Shown in pieces: positions 1 through 6,696 of a DNA stretch of 20,000 bases; the first letter of the stretch is position 1, and each line of letters starts with the position of its first letter. The DNA is taken from the IMG/VR virus record IMGVR_UViG_3300025635_000024; one strand, given 5' to 3'. Source of the stretch: an uncultured virus (IMG/VR IMGVR_UViG_3300025635_000024) (taxonomy: Duplodnaviria; Heunggongvirae; Uroviricota; Caudoviricetes). Under the pieces are notes generated by a model. The model was not told where the DNA came from, made no database searches, and saw only the letters and a program-made list of their open reading frames with translations. The translations under genes were made by a program, and so were the position numbers.

Positions 1-12
1 ATTTAGTATCAT
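1..12 (-). CDS. Start of a gene running off the left edge (MILN...)
   Basis: ATG at 12-10 overlaps the TGA of the 9..293 ORF (ATGA), the coupling pattern used throughout this block. Only 4 codons are visible. Confidence 0.45.
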
Positions 13-293
13 TTTTTCTTGTTTCTAGCGGAAATAGCTGCGGCTTTCTTCTTGGCATCTGCCTTACTAGAGGCTCCCCATGCTTGTAGGGATAACAGTA
101 GGCGCGTAGGTTCACCGTTAGGCTTTCTCTCTGGCCCCGGCATATTGCCCATACGGGCTAGGAAACTGGCTCTGCGACCAGAATCTCCAGACTTTAATGG
201 AGGTTTAAGATCTGCTCCCTCAGTTCGCTTAAAGTGTTCTCTACCAGCCTTATTTAATCCGCCCTTTGGATTTTGATACTTTTTAGCAACCAT
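9..293 (-). CDS. Small basic phage protein (DUF6321-like)
   Basis: 94 aa, Lys/Arg-rich. The NPKGGLN..GR and RRASFLARM motifs are recognised from a common phage family. Confidence 0.75.
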   Translation of the reverse strand: MVAKKYQNPKGGLNKAGREHFKRTEGADLKPPLKSGDSGRRASFLARMGNMPGPERKPNGEPTRLLLSLQAWGASSKADAKKKAAAISARNKKK

Positions 294-882
294 GATTTGC
301 CTTATAAGTTTTAACTCCTGCTTTCAATGGCGCAGAAATAGCAATATCTAAAGGAACACCAGTACGGATTCTACGCATTAAAGTAGCTGGCTTTATCCCA
401 TGTAATCTAGCCAAATCACTTATTGTTTGTTGTTTTGGTTTTGACAATATTTCAATAGATTTTTCTGGTGGAACTTTTTTAACAACAACTAATTTCCACA
501 AAGATTGATATTTAACCCCATAATTTCTTGCTAATTTTGCAAGGTTTATTGTTTCCCCATTAAATGAAACAAAAATTCCGTTTCTTTTGTTTTGAGCTTG
601 TGTTTTTGCATCAGCCCATCTTACATTTTCTTTTGTATATCCTTTATTTACATCAATTCTATCTAAAGAATATTCTTTACTTGGTCTTAATCCAATATCA
701 TTAATAAAATTCCAAAATCCATCATCTCCATGCCAAGAATCACAAACTAATATTCCTCTTGCGCCATAATTTTTAAAATCATTATTGTTTTCATTATAAC
801 AACGACTAAATAAATTTCTCCATACAACATGGGAAATTATTATTTTTTCAATCTCATCCTTATTACAAAAAGGAAAATTCAT
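283..882 (-). CDS. HNH-type (homing) endonuclease with C-terminal HTH-like DNA-binding repeats
   Basis: RCYN...YGARGI.VC..W and SLDRIDVNKGYTKENVRWA...Q..N motifs, then two HTH-like segments (LAKLARNYGVKYQSLWK; ISDLARLHGIKPATLMRRI). Markedly AT-rich. Confidence 0.8.
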   Translation of the reverse strand: MNFPFCNKDEIEKIIISHVVWRNLFSRCYNENNNDFKNYGARGILVCDSWHGDDGFWNFINDIGLRPSKEYSLDRIDVNKGYTKENVRWADAKTQAQNKRNGIFVSFNGETINLAKLARNYGVKYQSLWKLVVVKKVPPEKSIEILSKPKQQTISDLARLHGIKPATLMRRIRTGVPLDIAISAPLKAGVKTYKANHGC

Positions 883-892
883 TTTTAATTAC

Positions 893-1372
893 TTATTCCA
901 AGTTGCTGCTATTTTCATCCTCATCTTCATATTCTCGATCTTTATTGGCCTCATATTTTGCAAGTCTCAACATTTTCTTTTGTTGTTCTGTCATAGGTTT
1001 TTTAATGCTTCCACCAACTAACCAAGCAGAACAAGTACGGTCAGCAGCGCATTTGAACTCAAAAAGCTCACAATAACCTAGTTCTGCACTAGCAACAACC
1101 TCGTTAGCGTAAGTCTCGTTATCCGATTCCTCGCCCTGAATACCATTGATAATGCAGTCCATCATTTCAGGAGTCTGGATAAATGCAGAACAATTACCGC
1201 AGCGCATTGTCTGTGCATTGTCTGGAGTCGTAGCCCACTCAACAGCACGTTTATTCCAGAAATCACCCGGTTCCTCTGGGTTTGCTGGGCCATAGCCTAC
1301 ATTTTTAAATGCCCAATCCCGATTCTTCAGGTTAAGCTGGATGTCTGAACAGACTTTAGGACAGGTCTTCAT
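893..1372 (-). CDS. Cys-rich hypothetical protein with HiPIP-like metal-binding motif
   Basis: 159 aa with RCGNCSAF...GYCELF...RTCSAW and an acidic tail. ATGA-coupled to the upstream ORF. Confidence 0.65.
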   Translation of the reverse strand: MKTCPKVCSDIQLNLKNRDWAFKNVGYGPANPEEPGDFWNKRAVEWATTPDNAQTMRCGNCSAFIQTPEMMDCIINGIQGEESDNETYANEVVASAELGYCELFEFKCAADRTCSAWLVGGSIKKPMTEQQKKMLRLAKYEANKDREYEDEDENSSNLE

Positions 1373-1518
1373 TTTTTCTTCTTTGCAGTCTTGGCTGCTT
1401 GCTTGAAGTCAGCCTTGGTTGGCGCACCCTTAGTACCCGGTTTACGCATCTTTTCGCCAGAACCCTCAGCTATTCGCTTACGCTTGGCATGAATATTGGC
1501 ATAAAGACCGGGCTTCAC
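1369..1518 (-). CDS. 49-aa Lys-rich protein (not in ORF track)
   Basis: Hand translation: MKPGLYANIHAKRKRIAEGSGEKMRKPGTKGAPTKADFKQAAKTAKKKK. The GTG start overlaps the upstream TGA (GTGA) and the stop overlaps the next ATG (ATGA). Confidence 0.85.
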   Translation of the reverse strand: MKPGLYANIHAKRKRIAEGSGEKMRKPGTKGAPTKADFKQAAKTAKKKK

Positions 1519-1679
1519 TTCTTACCCTTCTTCTTAGCCATGCCAGCTTCGCTAAGGGCGATTGCTACCGCCTGTTTCTGAGACTTGACCACTGGGCCAC
1601 CTTTGCCACTATGCAGCGTTCCCTTGCCAAATTCCTTCATAACTTTGGCTACCTTCTTCTGGCCTTTTGTCTTCTTCAT
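1515..1679 (-). CDS. 54-aa Lys-rich protein, DUF6496-like (not in ORF track)
   Basis: Hand translation: MKKTKGQKKVAKVMKEFGKGTLHSGKGGPVVKSQKQAVAIALSEAGMAKKKGKK. The VM.EF..GTLHSG...KQA.AIALSEA signature is recognised. Confidence 0.85.
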   Translation of the reverse strand: MKKTKGQKKVAKVMKEFGKGTLHSGKGGPVVKSQKQAVAIALSEAGMAKKKGKK

Positions 1680-1956
1680 TGAGCAATTCCCCTAGCTGTA
1701 ATTGCAATTCTTGTTCGGTAACACCATAGGCACGCTCAAAAGCTTTACGGCCTAAGCCGTGGTAACCTGAATTTCCTCTATGATGCTCTGGGCATAGGGG
1801 CAGGACGTTATCGTGCGAGTTTCTGACTCCCATCCCTAAACCCAAACCCCTGATATGGTGAATCTCGGCTGGAGTACCGGGATAACCTGCCCTATAGCAG
1901 ATTATACAACCAATGTCAGCAACTTTTGACAAGTATTGTGCTTCTCTTTTACGCAC
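1609..1956 (-). CDS. Ref-like (recombination enhancement) Zn-binding HNH nuclease
   Basis: GCIIC...AEIHHIR...VLPLCPEHHRG motifs. GTG start. The last 71 nt overlap the next gene. Confidence 0.75.
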   Translation of the reverse strand: MRKREAQYLSKVADIGCIICYRAGYPGTPAEIHHIRGLGLGMGVRNSHDNVLPLCPEHHRGNSGYHGLGRKAFERAYGVTEQELQLQLGELLNEEDKRPEEGSQSYEGIWQGNAA

Positions 1957-2131
1957 GATTTTTACCCTCTAATCGCCTGTGAACCAGCTTTATCAAGTCT
2001 TTTATCTGGTCTGGGTAGTAGTACCAAAGGTTGCCAAATGACTGCAACCCGATTTCTTCAATGTCCTGATCCGTTAACTTTCGCAAGGTTAGCGGCAATT
2101 CGCTGCTGTCGAGCAAGGTTCGTTGGATCAT
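1949..2131 (-). CDS. Hypothetical protein (true start may be TTG at 2086)
   Basis: Fills the gap between neighbours on the operon strand. LTDQDIEEI...LEGKN resembles short phage accessory modules. Confidence 0.5.
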   Translation of the reverse strand: MIQRTLLDSSELPLTLRKLTDQDIEEIGLQSFGNLWYYYPDQIKDLIKLVHRRLEGKNRA

Positions 2132-2291
2132 AGTCGGCGAATCCGTCTACGTCACCGCACTCTGGACACTCAGTAAGAGTATCCTCTGTAAATTGACAGC
2201 GCCCACGAGGTATCTCATCCCAATCGTCAACAAATCCACATTTGCAACATTGTGCCAAATTGCTATCATCAACTATATATTTGTCGTTCAT
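2058..2291 (-). CDS. Small Zn-ribbon-like protein
   Basis: Two CxxC pairs (CCKC, CPEC). Strong SD AGGAGG upstream. Confidence 0.7.
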   Translation of the reverse strand: MNDKYIVDDSNLAQCCKCGFVDDWDEIPRGRCQFTEDTLTECPECGDVDGFADYDPTNLARQQRIAANLAKVNGSGH

Positions 2292-2300
2292 ATTATCCTC

Positions 2301-2630
2301 CTATTGGGTTGCTCTATCTAGACCTCTGTTAGAGGCTTCCTGTGAGCGCCAGACATCGATTCTGGCCTGTGCTGCTACCAACATCCACCTAAGTGTTTCT
2401 GCCTTCTCTACGGCCTCTTTAAGCCCGTCCAGAACCGCTAGATATTCTGGATGACTGTAGGCGTAGTTATCCTTATCGGCAATAGTGTTGCCTATTGCTA
2501 CTGAGAACAACATTGCTTTTTTGCTTTTGCGGAATTCTTCAAGGTAAGTAACCTGAGCCTTGGCCTGTGCGTACTCAGCAGAGTGCCGGATCATGTAGTT
2601 AATTGCTTCGTGAGGATCTATTGAGTTCAT
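2301..2630 (-). CDS. Conserved helical phage protein, function unknown
   Basis: 109 aa, predicted coiled-coil (YAQAKA...EEFRKSKKA...AYSHPEY...IDVWRSQEAS). On the operon strand. Confidence 0.75.
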   Translation of the reverse strand: MNSIDPHEAINYMIRHSAEYAQAKAQVTYLEEFRKSKKAMLFSVAIGNTIADKDNYAYSHPEYLAVLDGLKEAVEKAETLRWMLVAAQARIDVWRSQEASNRGLDRATQ

Positions 2631-2636
2631 ATTGGT

Positions 2637-2656
2637 AACCCAGCTTTCGCCGGGCC
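2637..2656 (-). promoter_or_regulatory. GNRA-capped RNA hairpin between genes
   Basis: Minus strand GGCCCGGC-GAAA-GCUGGGUU: 8-bp stem with three G-U pairs, so it folds only on this strand. No long U-tract follows. Confidence 0.55.
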
Positions 2657-2661
2657 TTTTA

Positions 2662-2862
2662 TTAAGAAAATGTAGCTATTTGTTTTTCAGCACGTTCTAC
2701 AGCTTCGTTCCAATTGGCAACCCACTTAAATGACAAAGTTTCAATATCGTGAGCTTGATAACTTCCTTTATATCCACGAGCAAAAGTGAATGTTTTAGCC
2801 TTGTTATCACGAGTAATTTTTAGCCACTGAGTTTCATTGCGGACATATTTTTCTGTGTTCAT
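2662..2862 (-). CDS. Hypothetical 66-aa protein with its own promoter (moron-like)
   Basis: SD CTAGGAG at 2875-2869 with a promoter-like sequence upstream. Confidence 0.75.
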   Translation of the reverse strand: MNTEKYVRNETQWLKITRDNKAKTFTFARGYKGSYQAHDIETLSFKWVANWNEAVERAEKQIATFS

Positions 2863-2902
2863 ATTTAGCTCCTAGTTATTGATATTGTGTTGCGTCAGAA
2901 GA

Positions 2903-2930
2903 ATATTACCACGATATTTTGATCGTGCAA
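2903..2930 (-). promoter_or_regulatory. Putative sigma70 promoter with overlapping palindrome
   Basis: TTGCAC-N16-TAATAT with extended -10 TGn. Inverted repeat CACGAT-N6-ATCGTG at 2910-2927. Confidence 0.5.
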
Positions 2931-2933
2931 CAA

Positions 2934-3359
2934 TTATTTAGCAGCGTGTTGCCAGACATAATCGATAGCTTGTGCAAATTGTTTTCTTGTCAACGATAGC
3001 TGTAAGTTATCAGTTAGGACTAGTCCATCGCCTACCTGCTTTAGATCGCTACCAGATAAGCCCCATTTGCCAGATTTCTTGTGCCTTTCATCTACTTTCA
3101 GCATGGCATCTAGCCCTATCCTGATGTCTTTAGCCTGATCTTCCTTGCCAGCAGCGTTAGCAGCCACTAACCCAATATTTAGCCTAGCAACTATCGTATT
3201 CCAGCTACCCTCGTCCCCATAGCCCTCTCTCAGCTTCATAAGTTCAGCATGAGGCGCTAGTTGCAGGGCTGTTTCTGATTCCTCGTTATGCCTGATGGTC
3301 AGTGGTAGTGCTTTTGGTATGTACTTTCTAGCTTTTCTTGGCTTCTTGTTTGATGGCAT
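2934..3359 (-). CDS. Hypothetical phage protein
   Basis: 141 aa with a basic N-terminus (KKPRKARKY). Continuous with the operon. Confidence 0.7.
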   Translation of the reverse strand: MPSNKKPRKARKYIPKALPLTIRHNEESETALQLAPHAELMKLREGYGDEGSWNTIVARLNIGLVAANAAGKEDQAKDIRIGLDAMLKVDERHKKSGKWGLSGSDLKQVGDGLVLTDNLQLSLTRKQFAQAIDYVWQHAAK

Positions 3360-3609
3360 TTATTGCTTCTTCTGCTGTTGTAATTATATTAACTTGACCT
3401 TGCCAGTTGTGATGCCAGATAACCTGATCTGGTGTTAGTTTGGCTGCTTTATCCCGCTTAATCTCAAACATATAGTTTTTGCCCTTGTATCCAACCACTA
3501 TGTCAGGACATCCACCATGTACACCATGTAAGTGCTGAACCGTCATTCCTGCGGCTCGTAGTTCCTTCACAATCTTGGTCTGGTTATCGTCTACCCGTTT
3601 GAAGGTCAT
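3328..3609 (-). CDS. VRR-NUC / PD-(D/E)xK nuclease (resolvase-like)
   Basis: RVDDNQ..IV..LR, GCPDIVVG, FEIK and LTPDQ..WH..W motifs. Start moved to ATG 3609 (ATGA overlap). Confidence 0.85.
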   Translation of the reverse strand: MTFKRVDDNQTKIVKELRAAGMTVQHLHGVHGGCPDIVVGYKGKNYMFEIKRDKAAKLTPDQVIWHHNWQGQVNIITTAEEAINAIKQEAKKS

Positions 3610-4007
3610 TTCACAACACCCCATTGATTAGTACGTTTTTGGGCATCCCAGTTTTCAGCCAAAATTCCACCCTTTTTTCTATCTGCATTTGATTTTTTCT
3701 TTAACGTCTGACGTTCAGATAAAACTTTATCATTTATAAAATGACATTCAATGTTACTCATCCAGTCTAGTGTTTTTATGTCTTGGGTTTTATCGGTATC
3801 CCATAACCTGTTAGCCAAAGGTTTCATATTATTCGCAACCATAACCCTTACTTGTTCTGCCCATGCAATTTTTTTAGGTATACGCTTTAGCTTTCTATCC
3901 ATCAATTTAATTTCATAGGGGGTAAGCCATTTTTCAAGTTCCGTCATACGGATACCAGCCCTAAAAGCCTTAATTAACATTGCGTCATATATTCTTTGCT
4001 TATCCAC
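3606..4007 (-). CDS. Hypothetical basic protein
   Basis: 133-aa ORF overlapping both neighbours. No motif recognised. Confidence 0.65.
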   Translation of the reverse strand: MDKQRIYDAMLIKAFRAGIRMTELEKWLTPYEIKLMDRKLKRIPKKIAWAEQVRVMVANNMKPLANRLWDTDKTQDIKTLDWMSNIECHFINDKVLSERQTLKKKSNADRKKGGILAENWDAQKRTNQWGVVK

Positions 4008-4209
4008 GCCAATCTCCTTTTATTCCCCTATTGCCCTTAGCCCACTGCTCTCTAGTGTCGTGTTCTAGCTTGTTTGCAGCCGCCTCATCCCGCTTTTGTC
4101 GTACTTTATTAAGATAACTAACTGCTTTGTCGCGATTTTCTGCTCTCCACCTAAGTACCTGCCTGACCTCGCACTGGTGTCTGTATTCCTCAGATGAATG
4201 AAAATTCAT
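4000..4209 (-). CDS. Small conserved phage protein following the helicase
   Basis: SEEYRHQCEVRQVLRWR...QWAKGNRG..GDW. Start placed at ATG 4209 rather than inside the helicase gene. Confidence 0.7.
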   Translation of the reverse strand: MNFHSSEEYRHQCEVRQVLRWRAENRDKAVSYLNKVRQKRDEAAANKLEHDTREQWAKGNRGIKGDWRG

Positions 4210-4220
4210 TGAAAATTCAT
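4199..4220. repeat. Perfect 11-bp tandem duplication
   Basis: tgaaaattcat at 4199-4209 and 4210-4220. Confidence 0.9.
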
Positions 4221-5176
4221 GCAGCTTTGAATCTTCCTCTGTTGTCATAGTCACTCGGTTGACCCTCAAATCGCTCTATAAACTGGCTAGAATCCCTGTG
4301 GAACCAGAACGGATACCAGTCCGTACTTTCCCCATTCCGCTGCTTCTCGTTCATCAGGATCATATCTGGACTCTGAGGATCAATCTCCTGACCCTTCTGA
4401 ATATCGTTTTCTTTCTTTTTGTTGCGCCACACAATAAACACGTTGTCTACCTGATCCGTAATCGAAGACGATCCTCGTAGGTCATTCTTGTTCGGCATCA
4501 ACTCATCCGACTGGAGCTTTCGGATATGGTGAATCAGGTGGATATGGCAGTCGTGATCCCTAGCCAGAGCAGTCATCTCGTCTACAAACTTCTTCTGACC
4601 GTTATAGTCATCCTCCCCGGAAATAATTTTCATCAACGAATCCACAAAAAAGTGCTGCACACCTAGTTCTACGGCGCAATATCTTGCCACTGAGATAATC
4701 TGTTCCGCAGACGTAGTTCCCTGCTGGTCATAGAACCAAAGATTGCCTTGTGCAAAAGCCTTAAAACGGGCGTATAAGGCGCGTTTGTAGGGTTCCCCTT
4801 GTCTGGATGCCTCCCAGTCGATATTTTCGCCTGCAAACTGCCTTAAAAGCCGTTTAATCGATACTCTAGGTTTCATCTCAAAGCTGGCAATACAACATTT
4901 CTGCTCAGACTTGATTAAACCCAGTGCAACCTGACCTGTCAGCAGGGACTTACCGCCACCATTGGAACCTGCCCAAACCGTTACCTCACCCGGCCTGAAA
5001 GCAAACGACTTTGTGGCTTCCCAGACCATAGGAACAGACCGATCCACCAGCGGGTTATCGATCTGGTCTTCAAGCTCGTCAATCCAAACTGAAGCGTCTT
5101 TGACTAGGTACTTGTGGTCTGTAGCGTGTAGATAAGCAGAGAAATCAATATTGTCAGTCAGGTACATAGTCATCAT
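4217..5176 (-). CDS. SF4 (DnaB/T7 gp4/Twinkle-like) replicative helicase, no primase domain
   Basis: Walker A GSNGGGKS, SFEM, Walker B FFVDSL, IHLIHHIRK, DLRGSSSITDQVDNV, KQRNG. SD GAGGA before ATG 5176. Confidence 0.9.
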   Translation of the reverse strand: MMTMYLTDNIDFSAYLHATDHKYLVKDASVWIDELEDQIDNPLVDRSVPMVWEATKSFAFRPGEVTVWAGSNGGGKSLLTGQVALGLIKSEQKCCIASFEMKPRVSIKRLLRQFAGENIDWEASRQGEPYKRALYARFKAFAQGNLWFYDQQGTTSAEQIISVARYCAVELGVQHFFVDSLMKIISGEDDYNGQKKFVDEMTALARDHDCHIHLIHHIRKLQSDELMPNKNDLRGSSSITDQVDNVFIVWRNKKKENDIQKGQEIDPQSPDMILMNEKQRNGESTDWYPFWFHRDSSQFIERFEGQPSDYDNRGRFKAA

Positions 5177-5495
5177 ATTCCTCAAGATTATTTATCAATA
5201 TTTGTCCGGACACTGTGTGTACACGTAATGCCTTAGCTGCCAGAAATGCGTTATGCAGTGCTTTGACCTTTTGGTACGGCTCACGGGTTGTTATGTGTAC
5301 TGGCAAGCCTACAGCAAACCTGAGATCCAAAGCATTGATATTTTCTATCGGCAATATTTCCACATCAGCAAATTCTATCGAGTGACGATGCCAGACAGCC
5401 CATGACTTTGTTTTGTCTTCACCGTAGTGGACGAAGATAGCTTTAGGAGCAACCCTATCAAGACGCATCTTGATAATCTCTTGGTGGCCTCTCAT
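5154..5495 (-). CDS. Hypothetical protein between initiator and helicase
   Basis: 113 aa with an LDLRF..GL.VHI motif. ATGA-coupled to the initiator gene. Confidence 0.7.
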   Translation of the reverse strand: MRGHQEIIKMRLDRVAPKAIFVHYGEDKTKSWAVWHRHSIEFADVEILPIENINALDLRFAVGLPVHITTREPYQKVKALHNAFLAAKALRVHTVSGQILINNLEEYDDYVPD

Positions 5496-6154
5496 TTGAT
5501 TCTAAGTTTCCACTCAGGAATATTGTTCTCAGGCATTGCAGGTTTCTGGAACCGCTGATTACGAACCCAGTTACGCCAAGTAGCGTCCCAGTCCTTCTTT
5601 ACACCTTTAGCACCAGCAACGCTAATCCAGTAATCCTTGAAGCCAGCAGAGACTTTAACTGGATCTAGGTCTGGTCTTTCCTGCTTGCAGAACTGCTTTT
5701 GGTCTTCAGACAATTCCCAGTCTTGAGATAAACGAGTTCCACGAGTGCTTACTATATTGGTTATTGGTTTATGGTTATTGGTTAGTTGAACGTCCGCTGA
5801 ACTACTGTTCAACACCTGTTCATCACCTGTTGAACTGCTGTTAAGCCGCTGTCGTGCAGATGCTTTACCACCACGAGATTTTTTCTCAATAAATGACCGA
5901 TATTCCGCAATTTCTTGATCACAACGTGAATGTAACCATTGATCCCCATCCAACTTAAAGAACGAAGAAAGTATCAAATCAACATCATTTTCTGAAACAG
6001 CAAGCTGGAAAGCTAGTGTTCGTAAATCATTTTTTATTGGTTTTTCTGAGTCGTAATACATCCAGAGCATCCGCAAATATGTCATTGTTTGCGTGTCTGT
6101 TAGGCGCGAAGTGGCCTTAATAAAGTCACCGATATGATGCTGGTAATAGTGCAT
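5492..6154 (-). CDS. YdaU/DUF1376-family replication initiator (lambda O analogue)
   Basis: N-terminal MHYYQHHIGDF...YLRMLWMYYDSEKP...RCDQEI, a low-complexity linker, and C-terminal RGTRL..DW...F.DYW...KKDW.ATWRNWVR. Confidence 0.85.
   Translation of the reverse strand: MHYYQHHIGDFIKATSRLTDTQTMTYLRMLWMYYDSEKPIKNDLRTLAFQLAVSENDVDLILSSFFKLDGDQWLHSRCDQEIAEYRSFIEKKSRGGKASARQRLNSSSTGDEQVLNSSSADVQLTNNHKPITNIVSTRGTRLSQDWELSEDQKQFCKQERPDLDPVKVSAGFKDYWISVAGAKGVKKDWDATWRNWVRNQRFQKPAMPENNIPEWKLRIK
5755..5846. repeat. Putative replication origin: iteron array plus AT-rich heptamer array
   Basis: TATTGGT x4 (one variant) at 5755-5782. Six GTTnAAC-like units at exact 11-bp period starting 5785, 5796, 5807, 5818, 5829, 5840. 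Confidence 0.7.
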
Positions 6155-6187
6155 ATCTGCCTCACGTTATTGGCTGTCGTTACTGGT

Positions 6188-6243
6188 GGGATGAGGCAGG
6201 ACGGTAACGAATCGTCTTTTCGGGAGCTACCCTAGCCGTTCCC
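6188..6243 (-). ncRNA. C4-antisense-like structured RNA in the initiator leader
   Basis: Three-way fold: closing stem GGGA..GGC/GCC..UCCC, hairpin GGG-UAGCU-CCC, GAAAA linker, hairpin GACG-AUUCGUUAC-CGUC. The loop is complementary to downstream sites. Confidence 0.6.
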
Positions 6244-6247
6244 GTTG

Positions 6248-6276
6248 ATTATACGGACTTGTTTCTAATACTACAA
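6248..6276 (-). promoter_or_regulatory. Sigma70 promoter for RNA leader and replication genes
   Basis: TTGTAG (6276-6271)-N17-TATAAT (6253-6248). Confidence 0.75.
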
Positions 6277-6324
6277 GACCGACAAACTTCACTTTTCTCA
6301 AACTGTATTCCACTACGGGAACGC

Positions 6325-6696
6325 TTACACTTTGGACAAACCCTCATTCCGAAAAAATGTGTCTTTGACGTTGCTAACACACGTTTTAAATGATCTTTCG
6401 GCAATTTGTTGTCCACGGGGAGAAACCTTTGGTAAAAATGTCTTTAACGGCTTAAATTCTGGCTGATATTTAGCTGGCACTATGTCCATTACAACAGCCA
6501 TTTTTTCAGGCTGTCCAACAGGGAAGTATACATTACCTATCTTTCGGAGTTTCTGATAATTAACTAAAGTCTGTAACTCGCTCTTTAAATCATAGGTTTT
6601 TTCAAGGCCAAATAGCCCAAAATTCATCAGGAACGACTCAGCAGTCATCCCGCCAAACTTATGGAATACTTCTAGGATACGTTCCCTACGACTCAT
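6325..6696 (-). CDS. Hypothetical protein, possible N-terminal winged helix
   Basis: 123 aa. SD AAGGAG upstream. RERILEVF...GGMT...L..LV....L.K.G..YF pattern. Confidence 0.65.
   Translation of the reverse strand: MSRRERILEVFHKFGGMTAESFLMNFGLFGLEKTYDLKSELQTLVNYQKLRKIGNVYFPVGQPEKMAVVMDIVPAKYQPEFKPLKTFLPKVSPRGQQIAERSFKTCVSNVKDTFFRNEGLSKV

Noticed and set aside
270..900. Group I intron housing the HNH gene
   Set aside because: Both flanking genes are intact and abut or overlap the HNH ORF, leaving no room for an intron core.
5755..5846. CRISPR-like mini-array
   Set aside because: Units are 7-11 bp with no unique spacers and lie in a coding linker; an origin explains them better.
6188..6243. 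tRNA or intrinsic terminator
   Set aside because: Too short, with only two internal hairpins, no TTC-RA T-loop in position and no U-tract on the transcribed strand.
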